From contig OX597822.1 of NCBI GenBank assembly GCA_951406725.2, forward strand, positions 77,190,001 through 77,254,000: a stretch of DNA of 64,000 nucleotides, in the 5' to 3' direction. A program made the position numbers and the translations under genes. Of the stretch, positions 55,186 through 64,000 are shown piece by piece; position 1 is the stretch's first letter, and each line of letters begins with the position of its first letter. This stretch comes from Octopus vulgaris (Eukaryota). A model generated the notes under the pieces. It did not search any database and was not told the DNA's origin. It was given only the letters and a program-made list of their open reading frames with translations.

Positions 55186-56528
55186 TAGATAGATTACCTG
55201 AATATTTTCTAGGTAAACAGTTTGAAGATCGAATCTTTTCAAAGGAGGGAAAATGGGATAAAAAAGCAGATTGTCTTTCAAGTACCATGTTCAGTAAGCA
55301 TTACCAAAAAGCCTCTCTGGTTACATAAACCATTTTTAGATACATCAACAGCGCTCATCACCCACGGAATTCCTCTTCACTTAGTTTCTCTATTATCCAC
55401 CATGGTTTTCCCTGTTAGACAAAGGTAAACCCCCACAACACAACAACCCCTCATCAATGTACTGTTTCGTAATCTAAAAACAAATACTTCTCAAACTTGT
55501 TCATGTTGATTTTACTACAGATTCCGTTCTCCCTCTTGTTACGCAGTAGCAATTGTTTTCGTATAACTGTCGTCTGTTATTATTGTTAGACGTGTTGTTG
55601 TTCTTGTAGCTATTGTTATTACTTTTTACTACTGTTGTTTTGTTGTTAGTATTATTGCTGTTGTTATTATTTTTGCTGTTATTATTTTAGTTATTACTAG
55701 TATTGTTATTTTTAGTCGTAGATCGTTTTGTCGGTGTTGCAGTTTATCTTCTTGTCATTGTTGTTGTTAAAATTACTGATTTTGTTGTTGCTCTTGTTTG
55801 TACTGACCTTCTAATTGTTGTCTCTATTACAAAATATAATCGTATCGAATTTTGGTACAAGGCCAGTTATTTTCGAGAGGGAGAGATTAGTCGACTCCAC
55901 CAACCCCTGTTCTTATCTGGTTCTTAATTTTATCGACCATAGAAAGATGAAAAGCCAAGATGACCTCGGTGGGATTTTCTAGAGAAGAATAAAAACAGGC
56001 CTGTCTGTTTATATACACAACAAACTCATTAGCTGCAGAGAATTGGAGTGACAAATTTACATATTCTAAGTAAAGTTTTTCACTCTTTATTAATATCAGC
56101 GGCCTGTCAACGGAGATCTCAGTCTACTCGGCCTCAAAGTAGTATATGTAGTGTGTACAATTAGATTTACGACTACTACGAGTGAATGTTTTAGGAAATA
56201 TAGTAATAATTTCGATAAACACTAGATTCAGTTCATACTATTTCCTCCCTACGCACGTTCTGCCATTTTGGTCATTTATATCCTCTATGGTGGGTATCCA
56301 CAGCGTTCCCTGGAAGAAATATTTTGGAACTGCATACAACTGCGTTATAAACACTCGTTGCAGAAGATGCAAATAGCCACATCAGCGAAACGTGCGTAAG
56401 GAACAAATGATATTAACGGCATCTTGAATTTATCACACTTTACCATATATATATATATATAAAACACTCACAACGCCCGGTCTGGAAATCCAAACTGCGA
56501 TCATACGACCACTGGGCTACAGCGCCTC

Positions 56529-56883
<355 letters not shown>

Positions 56884-56896
56884 TTATATATATATA

Positions 56897-57150
56897 TTGT
56901 TTGTTCCTTCTCGAGTCACGCCTGGCTCATAGGGCCGGTCAACCGGTTTCCCTGTCGTATAGGTTCCCCACCTGGACGGGGCTCAGGTGGAAAGAGTGAG
57001 AGAAAGTTGTGGCGAAAGAGTCAGCAGAAGTTTGCCATTACCTTCTGCCGGAGCCGTGTGGGACTTAGATGTTTTACTCATAAACACACGCATCGCCCAG
57101 TCTGATATTCGGACCTGCGATCCCTCTAACCACTAGGCCATGTGCCTCCA
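56897..57150 (-). mobile_element. SINE type D-like head with tail e
   Basis: Minus strand GTGGAGGCACATGGCCTAGTGG head; tail gggaaaccggttgaccggccctatgag. Confidence 0.65.
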
Positions 57151-57151
57151 C

Positions 57152-57192
<41 letters not shown>

Positions 57193-57199
57193 CTCAATT

Positions 57200-57595
57200 A
57201 CTCTGTTACTTGTTTCAGTCATTTGACTGCGGCCATGCTGGAGCACCGCCTTTAGTCGAGCAAATCGACCCCGGGACTTATTCTTTGTAAGCCCAGTACT
57301 TATTCTATCGGTCTCTTTTGCCGAACCGCTAAGTGACGGGGACACACCAGCATCGGTTGTCAAGCAATGCTAGGGGGACAAACACAGACACACAAACACA
57401 CACACACACATATATATATATACATATATACGACAGGCTTCTTTCAGTTTCCGTCTACCAAATCCACTCACAAGGCTTTGGTCGGCCCGGGGCTATAGCA
57501 GAAGACACTTGCCCAAGATGCCACGCAGTGGGACTGAACCCGGAACCATGTGGTTTGTTAGCAAGCTACTTACCACACAGCCACTCCTACGCCTA
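57200..57595 (-). mobile_element. SINE type A
   Basis: Complete young copy. Confidence 0.9.
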
Positions 57596-57598
57596 TAA

Positions 57599-57634
<36 letters not shown>

Positions 57635-57644
57635 CGATATAGGT

Positions 57645-58013
57645 ATATATATATATATATATATATATATGCATATATATATATGTATATATATATATAT
57701 ATGCATATATATATATGTATATATATATATATATGCATATATATATATGTATATATATATATATATGCATATATATATATGTATATATATATATATATGC
57801 ATATATATATGTATATATATATATGCATATATATATGTATATATATATATATGCATATATATATGCATATATATATATGTATATTTATATATATATATGC
57901 ATATATATATGTATATATATATATATGCATATATATATATGTATATATATATATATGCATATATATATATGTATATATATATATATGCATATATAGATAT
58001 GTATATATATATA

Positions 58014-58058
<45 letters not shown>

Positions 58059-58070
58059 GTATGTATATGT
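57645..58070. repeat. (TA)n-derived higher-order minisatellite
   Basis: GC interruptions at 57671, 57703, 57735, 57767 and 57799 (32-bp period) alternate with GT interruptions. Confidence 0.9.
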
Positions 58071-58089
58071 ATAAATGTTTTTGCCAAAA

Positions 58090-59420
58090 TTGGGAGAGAC
58101 ACTGTGATTTATTGTTTCTCCAAATATTCCGCGATTAACTTTTGTATTCTGCTTCATTATAGGCTTCTGGTAGCTCCTGATGGGATAGCATATTGTCATA
58201 TGTCTCAATAAAATATCCTGCGATTTTAACTCCAAATGCTTCGCTTTACAGCTAGTACCGAGTTGTTTCTTTTCTCTTTATTCATTTCTCCCTTTGATCT
58301 GCATTGTCATATACTAACTATGTACATCACTTTTCTCTTATGTTCCAAACAATTATATCAGACCTGTCATGTTTGCATTTGCCGTAGATTTTTATGGTGA
58401 CGTTCTACCAGTATTTCTTTTGTTGTAACGTATATATTATACTGTACATAAAAAGTATTTGCGATATTTAACCCAGTGTGGTCTTTCCTATGCACGGTGT
58501 TGTATCAACTTTATCAACAATATCATACTGCATTGGAAAGTCAGATCTTAATAACATTTCTAGGCAGTTGCTGATTACATTCGTAGTATCTTCTACAGAT
58601 ATGGCATAATCGACATTCGGGTCGCATCCCTTCAGCGTCATTTTTTGTTCAACAGGTATTTTGCAGCTATCACGAATAACTAGACTGCAAAAATATAATT
58701 TTGATGTTATTGTCACAAGTCGATGAGTGGCTACACTTCTTATCGATTTTAATATCATCCCCGAGTTTATGGGAAAACATACGCATCTCTTTAGCTGTGC
58801 CGAATATCTCTTTTTCAGATATTTGTTGAAATATGCTAGTTCAATGTGAAGGTGCGTAGTTTAGCGGTTAGAGTGCTGACCGCAAGAGAGTGGACTCAAT
58901 TCCCGGACCGGGCGCTGCGTTATCTTCTTGAGCAAAATATTTCATTTCACATTGCTACAGTCCAACCAAAATGAGTAACTCTGTAGTAGATTGGCGGAAA
59001 ATGTTATGCGGTCACTTGTAGGCCATGGAAGCCGACCTCATGCGTCCTAAAACTCGGTGGCGTATGGAACGCCATTAGAAACTAAGCACTCCATGAAGAG
59101 ACCCGACCTAGTTCTCTTTCCTTTTAGGCACTTGGTTTAAATCTTTCTTGTTGCTGTTATTTCTGGCGGTGGGAACATAAATGATATCACATGACACCGA
59201 GAGCTTCTCTGAAGTGGTTTTCCTCACCTTTTCTTCTGAGATAGACTATTTATTATCACCATTTCTGTGGAAACTCCTAGGTGATTTCAGAGTCTTGCAG
59301 GTTTTAATATAAATGGAAATTATAAAATCAGAGGGGATAGTTCTGCTTTATACTACAAATTTGAGGATTATGAACTCCAAACCTTTATGGACATTTCAAT
59401 GACAGCAAGTAAGGCAGACG
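58090..59420 (-). pseudogene. Heavily decayed RLE-type non-LTR retrotransposon (R4/Dong-like), 3' part
   Basis: Minus strand with frameshifts gives IKTCKTL..RSFHRNGD, YIFAV*..IAAKYLLNKK, CRLC...EDTTNVISNC (CCHC knuckle remnant), PMQYDIVDK (RHD motif remnant) and KCKHDRSDIIVW (RPD endonuclease motif remnant), in the expected order. Confidence 0.65.
58846..59060 (+). mobile_element. SINE type C inserted in the R4/Dong relic
   Basis: GTGAAGGTGCGTAGTTTAGCGGTTAG head. Confidence 0.7.
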
Positions 59421-60829
59421 GTACATTTATCAAAGACAACGGTTCCGACAACTATAAGCGTGGATAGAATTAAACGCCTTGTGTGAGAGTGGGCATGCGC
59501 ACGTTTATTTGGCCTTTGTACCAGCGCAACAAATAGTTCCTATTGTAGATAAACATTTAATCCATAATCGTTAGTCCGACAAAGTATGTTTCGTTTCGTC
59601 TATAGCTTTTCGGGAATTATTGGTAAATAGTTCTCAATTGACAGTTCAAGTAGGCTCAAAGACTTTCAGAACTCGCAGAGAGATGCCGGCTGTACCACTC
59701 ACCCTTTCTTTATCTCTCTCTCTCTCCCTCTCCCTCTCTCTCTCTCTTTCTCTTTCTCTTATGCATACACATACAAATATACATCCATACACACATGCAT
59801 ACATATGCACACTCGCACACATCTATAAATAAGTGCATTTTGTGTACATGTACACTCGTATGTTTGTGTTAATGTGTTTTTGTATATATCAGTATACATA
59901 TGTGTTTGCATATGTATGAACGCATTCGTTTCTTTGTACAGCTTACATATATAAAGTACACATTGTTTAGAAACAAAGCCAATTTTAAATGCGGATGCTT
60001 ACATTCAACTCTGCCTCATAACGTGTTGTTATTATTGGCGTAATGATATAGCGTTATTATTATTGGCGTAATGATTCTCCCAAGAGACATCACGATATGA
60101 AATAAAGTTAGTTTTAAAAGGGAATGTTTTCCAGTCAATTGAATTTTATCTCAATGGTTTACTGGACAGAGATTGGCAGTGGTTGGCGAAATGAGTAGAT
60201 CGCAGTAGCCAATGCCATGTAGCACGTATTTACGTCCAATCGCTTACAACGTTGATTTGCTGCTCTTGGCTTCTGTTTTTCCGTGGTTGATAAAGTGGGT
60301 ACGAAAGTCAAGCACCAGAGTATTGCTATAACAGACTATACTCGTCCGCCAAAATAAATACCAGGAATACGTCTAGTAATTATACTGGCAATGAATTGTG
60401 TTAAGTATATTTGTCTCTTAAAAATGTGTGGCCTTGTGCCAGTCTCGTATTAAACTTGCTTAAAACATAATATTTTTGAAGCCGACAAACAAGTCTTCAC
60501 AGGGTAGAAATTACAGCTAAAAATCTCACGGAAACAAAGTTTCTCATAAAAAAACAACGAAGGATACTTTAAATAACATAATTCTACTATGCGATGACAT
60601 ATATATTACATGTTCATTCCTAATATGTTCCGGCAGATTCGAACGTGAATATGCTAATAGCTATTGCATTTCGTCGTTGGAAAACAACTTCTCATTTCAA
60701 AAGAATGCGTGTTCATAACAGACTTGATTCACTAGCGCAAGGAGACTTTGAGACACTTGATGTTACGAGATCGTTGTGTCTTCACAGCCAAGGGCACGCT
60801 GGATAACCAACCTAACAAGAGTTTGTAGC

Positions 60830-61040
60830 TCTTACTCTTTTACTCTTTTACTTGTTTCAGCCATTTGACTGTGGCCCTGTTGGAGCACCGCCTTTAGTCG
60901 ATCAAATCGACCCCAGGACTTATTCTTTGTAAGCCTAGTACTTATTCTGTCGGTCTCTTTTGCCGAACCGCTAGATTGCGGGGACGTAAACACACCAGCA
61001 TCGGTTGTCAAGTGATGTTGGGGGAACAAACACAAGCACA

Positions 61041-61126
<86 letters not shown>

Positions 61127-61284
61127 CGACGGGATTCTTTCAGTTTCCGTCTACCAACTCCACTCACAAGGCTTTGGTCGGCCAGAGGCTATAGAAGAAA
61201 ACACTTGCCCAAGATGCCACGCAGTGGGACTGAACCCGGAACCATGTAGTTCGCAAGCAAGCTACGTACCACACAGCCACTCCT
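60830..61284 (-). mobile_element. SINE type A
   Basis: Complete copy. Confidence 0.88.
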
Positions 61285-61468
61285 ACAATGTTAGCTGCTG
61301 ATATCTGGCAGTAAAAAATAAATCATGTGCACAGTTGAAAGTAAGAATAAAATCGACGACTTACGCACACACACAAACACACACACATTTATATTATATA
61401 TACATAAATATATATTTCCTTCTTCATCTCTCTCTATCCCTTTCTTTCACTTTCTCTCTCTCTCTCCC

Positions 61469-61560
<92 letters not shown>

Positions 61561-61647
61561 CTGTTCCGTGATGGTAAGATCAACAAAAAAATTGCTCCAT
61601 CTGGTGAGAGATATATATTATTAATAACCAGGATATATGTTTTTTAT

Positions 61648-61731
61648 ATGCTACTATTAGTTTCATACGATAAAAGCATGCTAGACAGTATTCTTTAACA
61701 CGTTTGGTGTCTCAGCGCAATCCTCAGGCAC
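61648..61731 (-). ncRNA. Type-I hammerhead-like motif, intact core
   Basis: gtgc-CTGAGGA-t-tgcg...cgta-t-GAAAC-TAATA-GTA-gcat. Confidence 0.65.
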
Positions 61732-62132
61732 TGCTCACTTGGCATAACAAGCTGAAAATAGGACGATAGGATCAGAGAAAAAGCGAGAAAAGGCGAGAAA
61801 GAAGTAAATATAAAAAGGTTGAAAAACTGGAAAACGAAAAAGAAAATAGAAAGAAGCAAAAGGTGGGGTGAATTAGAGTTATTTTCTCTCTCATCGTAAA
61901 GTATATGACTGAAAAGTGAGTGGCCTTGAGTCTGTGGTACAACTGCTCATTCGGAGAGAGTGGAACTATCCAATTCGTCAAAAGGACCATAACCTTTTGC
62001 TTCTTTCAGTTTTATTTTGCGTTTCCAGGTTTTTCGACCTTTTCATATCTACTTCTTTCTCGCGTTTTCTCGCTTCTTCTCTCATCCTATCGTCCTATCG
62101 TCCTATTTTTAGTTTGTTATGCCTTGTGGGCA

Positions 62133-62216
62133 GTACCTGAGGATTACGTTAAGACACCAAACGTGTTAAAGTATACTGCCTGGCATGCTTTCATCGTATG
62201 AAACTAATAATTGCAC
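62133..62216 (+). ncRNA. Hammerhead-like motif with mutated cleavage triplet
   Basis: gtac-CTGAGGA-t-tacg...cgta-t-GAAAC-TAATA-ATT-gcac. Confidence 0.5.
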
Positions 62217-62449
62217 ATAAAAACATATATCATGTTTATTAAATTATAGACACGCACGCACGCGCGCATACACTCACTCGCACACACATAATGTGTTTGC
62301 AAGTAATTTTACGCACCGAATTAAATCAAAGGTAGCCTATAAACTCTGCTAGAGTAAATATTTATTATCATAAACAGTTACAGTTAGTCACATTCTGTTA
62401 TCGTGATGCCGTTTGAAAATTACTGTTGGCACATGACACATGAAAATAG

Positions 62450-62507
<58 letters not shown>
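62450..62507. repeat. (TAA)n microsatellite
   Basis: Seen directly. Confidence 0.95.
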
Positions 62508-62509
<2 letters not shown>

Positions 62510-63014
62510 GATTTCTGTTCAGTCAGGCGTCTATTTACAAACCCTGTGATTATTTATTCACAGGGTTTTTAATTTGTCTATATCAATTGTGGCGGATTTC
62601 GTCTTAGCATGCTGTCAGTGAGTACGCATTACTGTTAATGTTCAACGAAATATTTCTAATGTAGAAATATAGTTAGCATTCTCACTCACCGTAGCTGGAA
62701 CGAGTCCCGACTCCCTCTGATATATACCTACTGTATTTTTTAACACAGCACGACCATATAGGATATTATCTCCGGGTGAATGGCACCCCAGTAAGTTTTT
62801 TTTCTATTTCAATGTATCTGCAATAAGTATGATACACAGATGTCTATTTTAATTTTTTTGCCAAAAAGGGCTTTTACCTGCAAACAAGAGACAAAACAAA
62901 CAGATTTTATAAATATGTGGGGATGGACGAAACAACCTGACACAATGAATAAATTTTAAAATTTCATAAAATTTTAGGAAAATCTGGGATAAATATAGGA
63001 TTATATAAAAAGCA

Positions 63015-63361
63015 TAATAGCTTGCATCCCAACTACATGGTTCTAGGTTCAGTCCCTCTACGTGACACCTTGGCAAATGTCTTCTACTGTAGCTCGAGCG
63101 CCGTCCAAAACATTGTGAGAGGATTTGGTAGACGGAATCTGAAAGTCCGTTATGTATATAATATATTCTTTTATTCGTTTCAGTCATTTGAGTGCAGCCA
63201 TGCTGCAGCACCACCTTTAGTCGAACACATCGACCCCAGGATTTATTCTTTGTAAACCTAGTACTTATTCTATCGGTTCTCTTTTGCCGAACCGCTAACT
63301 TACGGGGATGGGAATACATCAACATCTGTGTTGTCAAGTAATGGCGAGGACACACACACAC

Positions 63362-63397
<36 letters not shown>

Positions 63398-63640
63398 GCG
63401 CAGGAGTGGCTGTATGGTAAGAAGCTTGCTTACCGCCACATGGTTCCGGGTTCAGTCCAACTGCGTGACACCATGAGCAAGTGTCTTCTACTATAGCTTC
63501 GAGCCGACCAAAGCTTTGTGAGTGGATTTGGTGGCAGGCTTACAAAGAATAAGTCCTGGGGTCGATTTGTTTGACTAAAGGCGGTGCTCCAGCATGGCCA
63601 CAGTTAAATGACTGAAAAAAGTAAAAGAATAAAAGAATAA
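63015..63640. mobile_element. Three partial or rearranged SINE type A copies
   Basis: Plus head 63015-63150, minus tail 63170-63350, and a plus internally deleted copy 63399-63640. Confidence 0.75.
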
Positions 63641-63649
63641 CCTTAAAAA

Positions 63650-64000
63650 GGTGGTGGGAGCTAGCAGAAACGCTAGTACGCCGGGCGAAATGCTTAGCGG
63701 TATTTTGTCTGCCGTTACGTTCTGAATTCAAATTCCGCCTTTCATCTTTTCGGGGTCGATTAAATAACTACCAGTTACGCACTCGGGTCGATATAATCGA
63801 CTTAATCTGTTTGTCTGTCCTTGTTTGTCCTCTCTGTGTTTAGCCCCTTGTGGGTAGTAAAGAAATAGGTATTTCGTTTACTGCTACGTTCTGAGTTCAA
63901 ATTCCGCAGAGGTCAATTTTGCCTTTCATCCTTTTGGGGTCGATAAATTAAGTACCAGTTCCGTACTGGGGTCGATCTAATCGACTGGTCCCCCTCCCGC
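63650..64000 (+). mobile_element. SINE type B dimer (cut by the window edge)
   Basis: Head, core-tail A, the junction aaagaaata|ggtatttcg near 63868, then a second core. Confidence 0.85.

Larger units (their letters stand above)
61615..62248. mobile_element. About 630-bp fold-back element, almost fully self-complementary, with a hammerhead-like motif on each arm
   Basis: 61615-61890 pairs imperfectly with 61955-62248 (for example aaaataggacgatagga / tcctatcgtcctatttt and aacacgtttggtgtct / agacaccaaacgtgtt). Confidence 0.85.

Noticed and set aside
55180-55420. Possible RTE LINE fragment on the minus strand
   Set aside because: Only a vague peptide resemblance; too decayed to support.

Overview
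AT-rich, repeat-saturated eukaryotic non-coding DNA (intergenic or large intron). The SINE families and the microsatellite load suggest an Octopus-like cephalopod genome; this is an inference from remembered repeat sequences, not a search result. No intact host protein-coding gene is recognisable, and almost all ORFs in the track are read-throughs of microsatellites or SINEs. The window holds about 50 tRNA-derived SINE copies in four head types (here called A-D), a 5'-truncated CR1-group LINE, a decayed Penelope-like element (RT plus an inverted GIY-YIG segment), a decayed R4/Dong-type LINE, a deleted mariner nested in a deleted hAT, and two non-autonomous Helitrons. Three signals stand out. 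(1) About ten minimal type-I hammerhead-ribozyme-like motifs with palindromic stem III; several sit as outward-facing pairs on the arms of fold-back elements, and one family has a CUGUNGA core. (2) The CR1-like LINE and the dominant SINE share a 3' stem-loop with compensatory base changes. (3) One SINE family forms 184-bp concatemers with a fixed junction, and two others swap heads and tails combinatorially. SINE boundaries are approximate (about 10-20 bp). All structures were read by eye and not computed.
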